Assembly: GCF_009834535.1 (NCBI RefSeq)
Contig: NC_045697.1
Span: 59,522,001-59,586,000 of the forward strand
DNA: 64,000 nucleotides
From: Camelus ferus
Taxonomy: Eukaryota
Direction of reading: 5' to 3'
The notes below the pieces were generated by a model, which had not been told where the DNA came from, searched no databases, and saw only the letters and a program-made list of their open reading frames with translations. The position numbers were made by a program, and so were the translations under genes. How positions within the stretch are numbered: position 1 is the first letter of the stretch; each line of letters begins with the position of its first letter. Below are positions 38,137 through 51,600 of the stretch, one piece after another.

Positions 38137-38161
38137 ACACACACACACACACACACACACA
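38137..38161. repeat. (CA)n microsatellite
   Basis: Directly visible. Confidence 0.95.
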
Positions 38162-38904
38162 TATGATAGGATAAAATATCAATAGGGAAATATTTATTAG
38201 ACTCTTGATATAGCAGGTTCTTATTAACTAGAAGGTATTTACACATTTTTGTACTTGAATCTAATTAGCAGTTATACAGAGAGATTGGTATCAGTGACCA
38301 AGACTGAGAAAATTGAAATGACTGATGGGAGTATTAATATTTGGAACATCATTCTGGTTAATACATTTTGCAATTCTTAAGAGAATTAGAAAGAGTGAAG
38401 AATGTGAGTAATTGAGGTCATTTCTCATATAAATCTGGAATTCTGCAGAACTCACATAAGTGGAGAGATTCTTTTGAATTTACTGTTGTAAGCCAAGAAA
38501 TAGCCCTACTGATTATTAGAAATAAGGGAGACTGTGAGGAGATAATATAATGATTTATGGGCTTTCCTTATAATTAGGTAGAAACATGACTCAAATGCAG
38601 AAACACTTATTCACAGGCATTGGACAAATGAGATTTGGTCATTTTTGTTACTGAAGAGTTAATTGGATGAACTTCAAGAGGCTTCTCAGAAAATATCTGA
38701 TGTTTGTATCCCTGAGGTGTTCTGTGATTTTTCAAAAGTTAGTTATTTTTATGGAGGGTTACTATTTTTTTCAGTTCAATAAATTCTGTTCAGTAAATTA
38801 GATCCTTAAATACGTGCTTATAGATACTGGGAACCAAATTGTTCTTTAATCAATGCAAACATTAACTCACTTCATTTCTTTTTTTCCTTCCTTCCTGTTA
38901 GTCA

Positions 38905-39120
38905 CCATACTGAGCACTTACTAGATGGCAAGCATTGTGCTGGTGTTTTAAAATACCCTTACACATATCGCAACAACTCAGGGAGTTTCAGGACTATTCT
39001 GCAGATGAGGAAATTTACATTCAGAGATGTTAATTAAATTCCCTAGGATCACAATGCTAGCAAATGGAAAAATAAATCTTTCTGAATGCAAATGCAAATC
39101 TTTTCCATTACATCATGCTG
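38905..39120 (-). mobile_element. MIR SINE
   Basis: 'actgagcacttactagatggcaagcattgtgct...ttctgcagatgaggaaatttacattcagagatgttaa'. Confidence 0.75.
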
Positions 39121-39139
39121 TATTATTTTAAACACATTT

Positions 39140-39260
39140 TTTTTCAGTCCACAAGTGTTTATTGAGTGCCTTGTATCTGTCATGTTCTATTCTTGACAAC
39201 GAGAGAAATAAAATGCAGTCTCTTTTCTTATGATTATCATAGTTTGTTGGAGACAGTATT
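39140..39260 (-). mobile_element. L2 3' end fragment
   Basis: 'acaagtgtttattgagtgccttgtatctgtcatgttcta...cagtctcttttcttatga'. Confidence 0.65.
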
Positions 39261-39284
39261 CACATAAACACATATTTCAGGAAG

Positions 39285-40880
39285 CATAGAAATTTGGCTT
39301 TGACTTTAGTATTCCTTTTTGGGAATTCTGTGCAAGTTGAGAAAATGATTTAAGAGAACAATGCCACTACAAAATTTCATGAGAAAGAAAAGACCCCAAA
39401 TATCTACGATAAATAGTTTTTAATTATGATATAAAAATAGTGGGTAAGAAGAGAATTTTAAAAGTTGGAGATAAATAATGTACTGAAAACCATATGTTGT
39501 TTTCATTTACCAAACTTCAAAACAGAGTTTTCACAAATGATTTAGTAATCTTCTGATGATTTTAAGCCTATAGAGGCAAAAATTTTGAGCAAAGTCTTAC
39601 TGAAATGTCTGCAAAAGAATACCACACATTTTCTGTGGATGAATATCAAAGAATTTTTAGTTTAATTCAAGCTGTTAATTCTAAGTAACAGAATTCCATT
39701 TATAAGACATGTTACTGAAACACTAAGTATTTGACTTACATTCTTCAGTGCATACCAACATAAATGTTAGCAATATTATTGAATTAGTATTTTTCTAACT
39801 TTTATAATCACACATTTAGACATAAAGATAAAACCATATATACATATTTTTAAGTTTTACAATGTTGAGTTACTGCTTTACTGAGTGGATCTGACTGATG
39901 AACTATTTATGGAATGGAAAATCGGTAAAGCAAATGTCAAATAATTGTGACTGACAATGCACCAAAAGTGGCAAAGGCTAGGAATGACATGTAAATAAGC
40001 AGACGATGGGTATTTTTCCCACATATTTCAATTGTATGTTAGAAAAGTAATTATAACACAAAATGTAACAGAATTTCTGCCCTTAGGCAGGGAAATAGTG
40101 AGCTAATGTTATCACTCTACTTAATTCAAAAACATCTACATGACATAAAAGAGATGTTGGAACTACTTTGTCAGATATCAGATGCTCAAACAAGATGGAA
40201 TAGAAGCTACTGCATTAAAAAGATTGAATTAAAGATTTAACACTGCACTCTGCCAATAACAATGCCAGCTTTCAAGACAGCTTGCTTGTAGAGAACATGG
40301 TTTATTTGTTAGAACTGGGTAAAGAAATAACCAAACTGGTGTGACTGGAGAGCAGAAGTATTTCTTACATTGTGCCTGCTATAAGGATTTTCCCAACATT
40401 TTGCTTCATAGCACATTAGTGTGCAGGAAATGAAAGCTGAGGTGCAGGTGGAAATTTAGAGATTTGTCATATTGCAACCAATCAAATTTCTCCATTGCTC
40501 TATTTCTAGATCCAAGATTAAGGTAAATTTTATCTCAGGCAAGTAAGTATAAAACAGCAACTGAGCAAAAATATTCCTGATAAAATAATATGTGAAGACG
40601 TTTTTAAGTCTTCTGAAATTATAGAGAATCTTCTTTAAGCAGTGCAAACAACTCTAATTTGCAGGATTGATTAGGTGACATTACAGAAATTGAAGAGCTG
40701 ATGAATCTTTACCTAGATGATGGAAAACTATCAAACTTAGTGACAATGTTACCACCAACAGTAGCCTACACTGGAAGAATTACCCCAAAACATTTGCACA
40801 CCCACTGACCTCATTTGGAGGTGAGTGGAGAAATTGGTTTTTTCTAAGTTTTCAAACTAATAGAATTGGCTTTTAACAAC
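39285..40880 (+). pseudogene. Fossil hAT (Ac/ZBED1-like) DDE transposase with N-terminal BED finger
   Basis: Motifs in order across frameshifts: EIWL..C-x2-*..NATTKFH..RKDP (39289-39397), EMSAKEYHTFSVDEYQRIFSLIQAVNSK (~39602-39685), IIVTDNAPKVAKA (39941-39979), YFSHIFQLYV (40011-), DAQTRWN (40181-40201), LVENMVYLLELGKEITKLV*LESRSISYIVPAI, IALFLDPRL (40494-40520), KHLHT/PLTSFGGE (40788-40825). Confidence 0.85.
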
Positions 40881-43800
40881 TATAGCAGTGAAAGTATAAT
40901 CATAATTGCCTTTTGGGGAACGTATTCAGATTTTTCTTCAAGTTCCGTGTTTATTCTATGATGGTATTAGTTGGCTTCCCTTAATGATTTTAACATTCAA
41001 CTGTTTGGCATTTAGTTAAAGAGTATATTGAGACAACATTGTAAAATGACTATTACTCGTTAAGAAAAAAAGTATATTGAGGGCACATCTCATTTAAAAT
41101 GTGGTGTGATAATTTTAGCCATGGAGACATTAAGGCAAGGTTATTAGGCAGTAGATATCGTAAGTATGGATCCTGTGGTAGGGTATCAAGGAAAGCTCTA
41201 CACAGAATCTTGAGTAGTAGTCTGCTAAGTGACAAAGTCACTTATATGATAGTATTTAGAAATAAATAAAGTACTGATGATGAGAATTAACTTGATGGAA
41301 AGTTCAAACTTAATACAACTGTAAATACAACTTAATAAATCTGCATTGTTTTTGGACAGTTATCATTGTGTCTTCTATGTTGTCTGTACAACCAGTCAAA
41401 TGTACACTATAAAAATAAAATTTGCATATGTAGACAAGGAGAAGACTGCGATCAGCAGTCCTCCCTGTCACCCCATCCCAAGGAAGCCAGGTGAGCTTCT
41501 GCTCTCAGCCCAAGGCCCTCTTCAGGCACTAGTGGCGCTGGTGAAGCAGTGTAGACATCGATGATGCCATTTGGTACTTAAAGTGACTTTACAGTGCTCA
41601 GGAGGAGAAATCACTTGCATGGACCTAACTCAGTTCTTTCAGTGTGAGGATTTACATTAATATTCTGTGAATGACCCAATTTGTTTTCCTTTGGATCTAA
41701 GCTTTTGAGTACAGTATAATTCTTTTCCAAATTCTTCCAGACTTCATCTAAAGTGGAGCCAACTGGAACACTACAGAAAGGGCCTTTTCTAAGTCCTCTT
41801 TACTAATTTTCATATGATTATTCTTTAGCAGTGAGAGAGAGAGAGAAGACCCCATGATTAGGGCTTCTGGGAGTGAGCTATCCAGTATTTGGCTAAACTA
41901 CCACTGTGTTCTCGATTTGCCTCCCTTTTGTGGTCTAAGAATGTACTTGTCTTACAGTTCCCCTCCCCTTTTATTTTGGCAATTTTTCTCTGAGATCTTG
42001 TGAACTCTGTGTGTTTCCAGAATGCATTGACTTTTCACATTATATTTCTAATAACCAAACTCTGATAGCTCTGGTAACCTCCAACAAGACAACAGATTTC
42101 TACATTGTCACCACTACCTATTCTACACTAATCTATAGAGATTTGCAGAATCTCCCTGCATACCAATAAGATCAGTAATCCCTTGTAACAAGACAAGCTT
42201 CATTTGAAACCATTCTCCGTGTCCATTATGCATGTTTTATTAAGAAACAACAAATTTATTTTTGTGGTAAATTAAAACAGAGATAATAAATAGCATTAAT
42301 AAATAACTTACTCTAGAATACTCAGTGGTTTATCATATTATTTTCTTTCCTCATTTCTAAAGCTCCTCCTCCACGTATTTTGTGAGTCTCTTTTCAAGTA
42401 TGTTAAGATGACTTAATATTGAACCAGAGTAATGTTATTGATATTTAGCCCCTAAAAGTCTTGTTTAGTACTGATTTTTTTAAAAAAGGAAATGATGGTG
42501 CATTAGTTCAAATGCAGAAGTTTTATGATCAAAAAACTGTGATATTTAATTTTAAAAATACACACTATTCCAAAAGGCCTCTACAGCATGAATGCTTTTC
42601 TCTAAATCACTGTGCCATTATTTTCCAGACAGCCTGGCCTGAGGTAATTAGTTTTGCTTCTCTTTGTGAAATCCGTTGAGAACAGGTCAGTGGATAATGA
42701 ATGTGAATCAGAAAATCTTCAGCACATTCATTTTTAAACAGTTCTCCACAATGACTAGTTGTTTCTGGTGTGGTCCCACTGAACGAGAGCAGCACAGGGG
42801 GCAGGATGTGTGACCCAGGTTCCCCTGTGCTGGATGATGTGAATCAGTCTTCAGCATGTTTTAATATTTCAGCTTTTTCTGTAGTTAGGCTCAGATAGAC
42901 ATTTTCTCTTCATTAATTTAATTTAAGTCTTATGAAAACAGATGAGATTGAAATCAAGTAATTTAAGAAGTTTGTTGGAAACATAACTCCTTGTAATCAT
43001 TTGGGGACCAAGAGACTTGAATGTTGCTTCTAAATTGAACAGTAAGGAAAATGGTCTGAAAGGGAAAGATAAGAGGGTAAAGTGGGTTAGGTGGCATGAC
43101 TTGTGCCTTAAAATAATGTTAATTTTATTTTATGAGCTCCTGTGAGTAAAAAGAGTAGTAAAGGTCATTTACAAAAAGACTCCATAGTGATACTAGTTTC
43201 TCAAAATAATTTTTCAGGATTTCTTAGGAGGAATCCTTCATACAAAGAAAATGTGACCAATTTTAGATTACTTTACAAATGCTGATGGATGGATTCAGCA
43301 ATTTGAATGTAATTATATTAAATTTAATTTCAGTCATTACAGTTAAGTACCTAGTAACTTACTCATATGTGGTGGATACTTAATGGGAAATATTTTAAAT
43401 AAGGAAATATGTAATAATGAGCTCTCTTGATTCTAGAAAGCCATAAGAAACATATTAAAACTCCTCTTGTACTACACCTCTGTATTTATTTTTTTAGAAT
43501 TTTGTGATGACTTTTTTTTTTTTTCAACACAGCATTTCTCAGTCTGTTTCTGGCCTCCCATTCTAACTCAGGGGTGTGACAGTAGGAGGCATTTTGTGAT
43601 GTAGGCAAAAGAGGGTTTCTTCTAGTCTAGCACTTAAGTTTGAAGGTGATGGAAGCTTGTTGTTTATGCCAGTTACTAATTCCAGGAGATCACTAGGTGG
43701 TCTGCATGCCTAATTTGCTTCCAGGTAAAGATGTAATTCTATGCCTAGGAAGCTATTACCCACAATAGATACATCATTGGACATGAGTCATGGGCAAAGA

Positions 43801-43904
43801 GTGATAACCTCCATGGTCCCAGATTCTTGTTGCAGGTGTATCAGACAGCCAATTGGGCAATACTGAAGAGGGTGTAGAGGGCATAAGCTTATTCCTGGAC
43901 AGTG

Positions 43905-44182
43905 TGGAGGCTCTAGTGTGAATCAGAATCAGCTGTGGTGTTTGTTAAAATTTACTTTCTGCCACCTCTAGAGATCGTGATTTAGTAGATGTAGTTTGGC
44001 ACCTAAGGAGCTAAGTTTAAAATATATACTTTACATTTTAGAAAAGGTTTAGATTTATGGAAAATTTGTGAAGATAGAGCAGACAATTCTTGCATAGCCA
44101 CCACACAGAGAGCTGTGTTTTACTAAATAAACATGACAATTCTGAATCATGTGTTTTGAAACTCTCACTTTAAGAAGTATTA
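43905..44182. mobile_element. MER5A-like MITE interrupted by a short minus-strand L1MC/MD 3' tail (~44020-44108)
   Basis: 'ctagtgtgaatcagaatcagctgtggtgtttgttaaaa...tgatttagtagatgtag' | 'ttttagaaaaggtttagatttatggaaaatttgtgaagatagagcaga' | 'tcactttaagaagtattag'. Confidence 0.65.
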
Positions 44183-47100
44183 GGTAACATGATTGAGGAA
44201 GCAGAGTGGGGAGTGTATGGATGTCAGGCACAGCTTGCTCTTCCTGGGCACATCATAACCTGAACTATTGGAACAAAAGTCGAGGAGGTTAGCAAGCTCC
44301 AGAGATGGGAATTATAAAGAAGTTGATAATCATTGCCCCGAAATACCAGGACTTGAAATGTCATTAAATTGTAGGTCCTACAAGATTGTTGGGACTGAGG
44401 CTGCTGATACATTTCCTCTTTCAAACAGAAGCAGTCCCGGCCTGAGCTGTCAGTGGGAGGCTTCTGTAGCTCCAAGTCAAAGTAACCAGAAGCCAAAGGA
44501 GTAAGGATTTCTTTAAATCAATTGCACTAGTTACTAGATATGCCTTACTAGAAGATCTTATTTATAAAAATTCTGATACAATGATATTACTTATAGGATC
44601 CTCTAATTAGCCCGGAAGCTTCTGCTATTATAAAATATCATCAAGTCTTTAAACTGTAAATTTTATAATCTTTCAATTTTCTGGCTTTCAGAGCACTATT
44701 TATGTATCATTCTGAATACTTTCTTTTAGACTACAGGTAAAATACCCTTTAAAAAGTGATGGTTGGGGATCCATATAACTTAGAAGGGAACTAAGAAATG
44801 TAATCTAGAACTATGTTTAAAATAATTTTTAAAGGAATGCTGAACAGGTACTTCTGAACATGGGACTTATAAAATTCATAGCTTAATTTATGGACTAGTC
44901 TAATGCTTTAATGGATGTATCATAAAAGTGAATGTAAATCATCATAATGAAAGAATTGATAGATTTCTGACAATGCTATGACAGCTGAATTAATGTGTGC
45001 AGAATGTCAGTATTAATGATAAACATTAATAAATACTGCATATGATTGAATTAACAATGATGTAAAACAGTCTTTTGCTGCTATGCAAAACCCATTTAAC
45101 TAGGCGGAGATACTGTTTTAGGCTTAGTATGAACACTTAATTTCAAGGAGCACCTCCTACAAGTTTCTCAAAAAGATTCCATTTATGTTGCATAAGCTTA
45201 CTTTCTTAAGAACTAATTTTTCTTCATGTGACTTTGTCAGAAATCACAACTTTGATGATAGAAGTTCATATTTATACATTTTTATTTTTGAAAATAGAGT
45301 AATCATAAAGCACTGAAAAGGTATAAAATTTGTACTACCAGTAAGTCCTTGACTCCCTTGTCTAAATAGTGGGACACCAGTAACCACCTGTCAGCAAAGT
45401 CTACATTTCAGAAAGGGGCTACATTGTATATTAGTTTTGAGTTGTTTCAAATCAAAGGTCCTTTGGATTATTTCAGGATTTATTATTTTTGTGATGAATG
45501 AAAGGAGGGTGATATTAAAAATAAGGCATACCTACCATTCCCTTTAATCCTTTAGTGAATCATATAGCATCATTTCAGAATAGCTGAATCTTGCTCATGG
45601 ATAGAAGAAGTGAACTTGATAATTTTTTGAAAATTTCGAAGAATCATATGGTAACACTATGCCCCCTCCTGTATTATTTGAAGATAGATATATCTCATAA
45701 GACCAAATTGTGACTGGAAGCCAGTGCTGTGCAGGATTTTGGATTACCATTGTTTGTAGATTTTGCTACATTTCAATTCTAGCCTCTGCTGAAGTACACA
45801 TTCTCTTAAAATGAGTCATATCATTGCTTTTGACACAGGCTTGAGCTTGTCTTGTTTTTTTTTCCCCAGCATTCCACAGTTCTGCTCCATGGCTTACAGT
45901 AGCTATTATAAAATTATTTGGGAAAATTATACAGTGCTGTTAGATGCAATGGAAAATAATTTTATGCACATATAAACTTGATGCAAATATGCATATAGCT
46001 GAGTTTCGTCTCACCCACAATCTACTGAGAAAAAATTAAATATTATAAACATAATTACCTCCATTAGAATCTAAATATTATTTTTCTTAGATATAAAATG
46101 ACTTTGCAAGCGAAGTATTTTTTCAGCACTATTAATTCTCATCACGATTTGTCCTAAATGATATTTATAGAAATTTTAAACCATAGACTAAAAAGAGAAA
46201 TAGACTAGAAAGAAAGGAATAATGAATTATATTCATTATTAGAAAGCACGGGTGACTGAGCTTTAGAAAAAAAGATTGATCATTCAGTTTCAGACAGGTA
46301 GCTTTTTTCTAGGAGTTTTTATATATTCTTTTGCATTTATCTTCTCCAAATCTTATAAAGTCGATATTATTATACTGTGTTTTTAATGAGGAAGGGGAAA
46401 GAAAGTGAAGAGAAGTGAGCCACTCATGGATACACACTGAATCCTTCAGAATCAGAATCTGGTACCTGACCCTGTGTTTTCAGGTCTAATTCTCCCCCCA
46501 CAGCACCAGAGGAAGCGAGTCAGATCTTCATGTGAGATCAAGGGATGAAACAGAAAGGTGAGGACAGAAAGGGAAGGCTGGGAGACCAAGAAAGAGGGAC
46601 ACTGCTATCTTGCCATTCTAGATCTCCTTTGGGAGCGGATGAATATTCTTGGGACCCAGGGTTCTAAGATCTCTCTCCTGCAGTACCTGGGGCAGATGGT
46701 GACTGGAATGGGTGGTTGTTTCATGAGATTTTGTTATCGTCCGATGGGGAAAACAGAACAAGGTGACTTTCTTCCTAGACATAGATGCATCTTAAACATG
46801 TCTGAACCATGAATTATCTACCATATTACTAAAATAGCTATCTGTTTTTAACTGTCAGGTGTCAATGGATTGGATTTTATTGTTTAATGACTTTGTTTAT
46901 ACATTAATTTTTAATGGGGATAATATTTTGCTATTAAGTTGGAAAATTCCACATAACATAGTAATAGGCTTTAATGAATCAGAGGCCAAAGGAAATGTGG
47001 AAAGTGCTCTTGATGTTCCACGTCTTCACTGGGATCTTTTTTTTGTGTGTGTGTGTCATGAGGTTGAAAGCTCAAATACTTGACTTTTTGGATGTTTAGA

Positions 47101-47349
47101 TTCTTCTAATTTTAGAAATAACTAAATTTTATCATGTCATAAAACTATCAAACAGTGGATTTTCTTGAAATTAAAGAAGTTGATCTTTTTTTTTTTTTTT
47201 TTTTGCATTGCTCTGTTTATCTGGATAGGATGAAGTCATGAGATTTTATTATGGATACTGACTTTAAAAGTCTCTTTTCTGACAATCTCTGGCAAGTTTT
47301 CATTAAGACAGCTGAATATCTATAATGATGAGAAATTTATCATGTGCAG

Positions 47350-47520
47350 GAGTCAGTAAAGACTGCTGGTTAAGAGCAAATACTCTGAAGTCAGAATTTT
47401 TGTTGTGAATTACAATCACTTACTATATCTCATAAGATTATTGTGATGATTTAATGAGATAATACACCAAAATTATTCAGAATAGAGTGCCACACGGTAA
47501 ATGCCTTATAAGTATTACTA
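47350..47520 (+). mobile_element. MIR SINE fragment
   Basis: 'tggttaagagcaaatactctgaagtcaga...ttgtgatgatttaatgagataatacac...agagtgccacacggtaaatgcc'. Confidence 0.7.
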
Positions 47521-47594
47521 TATCTCAAAGCCACTCATTTCATTTCTGAATTGATATACTTTTAAATACTTAAAATGTATCTTTAATTTAGGAT

Positions 47595-47821
47595 GTGGGT
47601 TGGCAAACTTTTCTTCTGAAGGGCTAAGTAGCAAAATTTTCAGCTTTGTAAGCCACAGGGTCTCTGTTGCCATTACTCAACATTGCCACATAAAAGTATA
47701 AAAGCCGTCTTTGAAAATACATAAATGAATGGGTGTGGCTCTATTCCTCAAAAATGCTTTATTGACAAAATACAGGTGATGGGCCAGATTTGGTTCAGAG
47801 GCCATAGTGTGCTGACCTCTT
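47595..47821. mobile_element. MER58A hAT-Charlie MITE
   Basis: 'gggttggcaaacttttcttctgaagggc...aaatgaatgggtgtggct...gggccagatttggttcagaggccatagtgtgctgacc'. Confidence 0.9.
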
Positions 47822-48399
47822 ACTTGGAGATTATTTCAGTTCTTTTATAAAGATACCATTCGGACAAAAAACAGACCTTAAACCCAAGTTGAGAAAAATA
47901 TTCCCTGTGGAAGGAAATCATGAACTCCGTATTCCCTTGAGCATTAATTAATCTGTGTTAGTCACCTGATCACGACTGCTTACACAGTGGCAGAATGATG
48001 GTATTAGAAGGACACTATTAGGGTGAAAACTTGAAAAGGAATATCAACTTTGAGTCTGTAACTAAAATATTAGAGTCTATCAAAAGAATATGCTGAAAAA
48101 ATTTTCAGCTAGCTTTTAAATGAAGACGTGACACCTGCTGTATTGTATTATCATTTTGAATAGCAGAAACCATACATATTAATATGGTGTATAAAGACCT
48201 TGTCTGCCAATGTATTAGAAGAACTCATTAGTATAGATTCATAGCACTTTAATTACGATAATAATATTTTGTATAAATAGAGGCTTAAAACACAGCACAG
48301 AATGATTTGGAATTTAAATTAAAAAGGTAAAATATTTAGACAGTTTTTTAAAAGTTCAAAACCTTGAAATAACAAGGGTTTGTTTTTGTTTTTTAAACA

Positions 48400-48601
48400 G
48401 TCTTCTCAGCCTTAAATTGCCTACTTCTGGTGATGAGGATGCCTTCTACCATCCTGGTACAGGAAGGTACTTTTTATACACCAGATGTGTTTTCTGCTTT
48501 CCGGGGGACAGAGGAAGGTCAGAGTGTCCTTGATGCAGAAGATGTTTAAGTAACCTTTAAAAATGGCTTCTTTTGGGGTGGCATATTCTGGCTTTCCTTC
48601 A
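48400..48601 (-). mobile_element. ERV1 LTR fragment (MER34/MER39-like)
   Basis: 'ctgctttccgggggacagaggaaggtcagagtgtcctt...ttttggggtggcatattctggctttccttca'. Confidence 0.7.
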
Positions 48602-51600
48602 TGAACAGTGGTCTAGTATGACATTAAAAGAATGGGCAGTCATCTTTCTACTTTATCTCCAAGTTTTGGACACTCTATTGCAATACAAAATTTCATCAAA
48701 AAGAGTTTAACAGCAATTAGATATCCTAGTTGAAAATTATACATAAAGCAGCTGGAAACAAAAAGAATTAATAATTTAAAATGGTATTCTATTAAAAATA
48801 AGTGATCAAATGAATTTTGAAACTGAAAATTAGGAATAGTAGAAAATACCAAGATTTGAAAACAGTTGGTTCTACAAGAATAGTATTCTGAGAAACTTCA
48901 GTCTTAAGAAGTACATGTTGAAAGTACTTTTAATGGCTGATATTGTAGGTATATATTTGAATAAGGTTTTGAGCTCTGTATATATATGAAGGAACTTAAA
49001 TCTAAAAGATAGCAGGATGCATTGCAATTGTGGTCATTTTCCTAAGCGTAAATTGATCTAACATCTAATGCAAATTATTAATAGAATTGGCCGTGGCATT
49101 AAAATCCATAATACTTCTCTTGTCTTTCCCTGTAAAAGGTATCAGACTTTTTATTAGGCTACCCAGGCATCCATCTGTGGGAATGGGTGGGGAGGAAATA
49201 AGAGGAGATCAGAACTTAGAACAGAGAGAATGGTGGAGAGAAATACTATTACTAATAATTTGTAATATTCTGCTTCTGACATTCAAGACAAGGATCATGC
49301 AATTAAGAATAACATTTCAAGCTAGACATTGTTTCAAGGAAACGTTTCTCAAATTTCTTGCACCCCCATTTATTTAGCACCTCAGTTGTCACCTAGCTTG
49401 GAGAATTAGGTGCACAGTGGTCAGTAGTGTAGGGGAACATTCTAGGACGCTCTTAGATTTTAGCTAAAGTATGGAGAGAGGAGATGGTTTAGGGCAATTA
49501 AAAAAAGTTCAATCCTTTCTCCCTTTGGGGAGTGCCATGAAGGAGAAAGAAAAGACAAATAGGAAACTGGATCAACCAGGCAAATGCTCAGTTTCCACCT
49601 TTCTGACTCTGGATTGGGAGAAACAAAATATATAAAGTGAAATGAGGAGAACAGTAAGGGACAAAGATGGTCGGGCACTCACCTCTGGCTCTTCTTTGGA
49701 ACTCTGGAAAGAAACCAAATTTCAAGCTTCACTGTGTAAATATGGGATGTAGCCCCAGAAGTCAGGATTTCAGAGTGAGTTCCACTGAGCCAAACTAAGT
49801 TAGCGTTTATCAGTGACACTGATAACTGGGCTAAGAGCTACTGGGTATGCTGTGGTGTCATGTGGGCAGACTTGGTGGATCTCTAGGCCATTTGACTGGG
49901 TAGGAGATATGGTTACAGATTTAGGTATCTGAAAAAGGTTACAGTTATGAAAGGGATTACCTCAGGAACATTTCCTGGATCAAAAAAAAAAAAAAAAAAA
50001 AGACTCTAAGTTCTTCCTTTTCAGATTTTAGCATCAGAAAATGGCAGGAAAATCAATGACCAAAGGACATGTGACACTGTCCAGCAGACCAGCTTATGCA
50101 GGAAGCACATGGCCAAAGTCCAGGATAAAGTCTCCCTTATTTAAACTCACAGTAATGCACAGCCACACATCTATCACACATCTGTCCCCCCTTACTCCTA
50201 GAGGATATTCTGAGGAGAAAACCAACCTAATGGTGAACTAAATGATAAACTGAATATTCTTTTATTTAAGAAAGTTTGAGCAAAATACAAAAATAAAAAC
50301 AAAAAAGACTGAGCCCTATTTGAAGGGTCTTATACAGTTATCACGCTGGTTTAACTTTAAACCAAATTAGACATTCAAATAAGTTTCCCCACCTAAGCCC
50401 TAAGTACATGCTTTGATGAAAGTCCAGGTTGATTGTAGACTAATAAGAAATTCTGCACAACTGAAATGTAACATACTTATATTTTGTGACCCTGCTTCAA
50501 GGTCACAATTAGAATTCATAATGCCTTCTTGATTAATCTCATATTAAATACCTCAATAGTATTTATACACTACAGATAGAAAAATGTCTAATTTATTAAC
50601 TAGGGTAACTGAAGATAAAGACCTTGGAACTTAAATTTAACAAGTACATAAGTAAGATGTTAGTATGTTGCTTTAATATTCTCTGTCAAATATTAATTTA
50701 TCCAATGAAAGTAGTTACTTATTTTAAATGCCTATTAAGTATTTTGTGACTGCCCTGTAGTGTCATGGGCATTAAGAAGATATAATGAAAAGTCCTTATA
50801 CAAGGGAAATTTCTTATTGAAGAGCTACAATTTGAGTACCTGTAAAATTAGATATTAACTCTTAGAAATACCAGTAGATAAGATAAAATATTGTATAAAC
50901 AATTGTTGTAGAAACTTGGGAAAAAATCACCATCGGTTAACAAAAATTCCTAGGTGATTTGTAAGTACATATAGGGAAAAAATTAGATTAAGGTAGAGAT
51001 AAGGGAAAAGCAAATATGGAGAGTGACAGAAATGTAACTTTAGGAAAGCTTTGGAATGGGTTCAGTTGAAGTAAAAAAAAAGTTATGTTTGGAATGCATA
51101 GTAAGTTCAAAAATAATAGCAATATTTGTAATGTATATGTTTAATATTAATGGTTCTATTATTGAATTTTCTTGTATGTAACTTGCCATAGAGCCAGTAA
51201 ATAGGAGATTCATACTTAAAGTATTTTAGATCCCTGTCCTAAGCGTTTTCCAAAGCTGAAAGACTAAGATAATGTCAGATGAGATTGGGCATTGCATGTC
51301 AGGTTGAAGAGTTCAGAATTAATGAAGTAGACGTGGTAACATAAACATATTTGCATAACAGTAACTTCTACTGGGGTTTATACTTACAAGGCTGACAAGA
51401 AAAAGAAAAATAAGTAATGCAACAGCAATATGTATGTTAAAACTTTTGGGCTATCAGACCTGGCTCTTGTTTTTGGTTTGCTGCTTGCAAGCTTTATTAC
51501 TTTGGTGCCTATTTCCTAATCTATAAAGTAACCATGATAATATCTACATCATAATGTTATGAGAATCCCAACACATCAATCCCAAATAAATGTGAAGACG

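Noticed and set aside
42788..42806. CTCF-like 'agcacagggggcag'
   Set aside because: Lacks the 5' CC of the core, so it is a weak match.
44930..45110. Homeobox/Sox-motif-rich repeat-free stretch as a possible conserved enhancer (similar stretch at 13900-14040)
   Set aside because: Such motifs are expected by chance in AT-rich DNA. Conservation cannot be judged without alignments.
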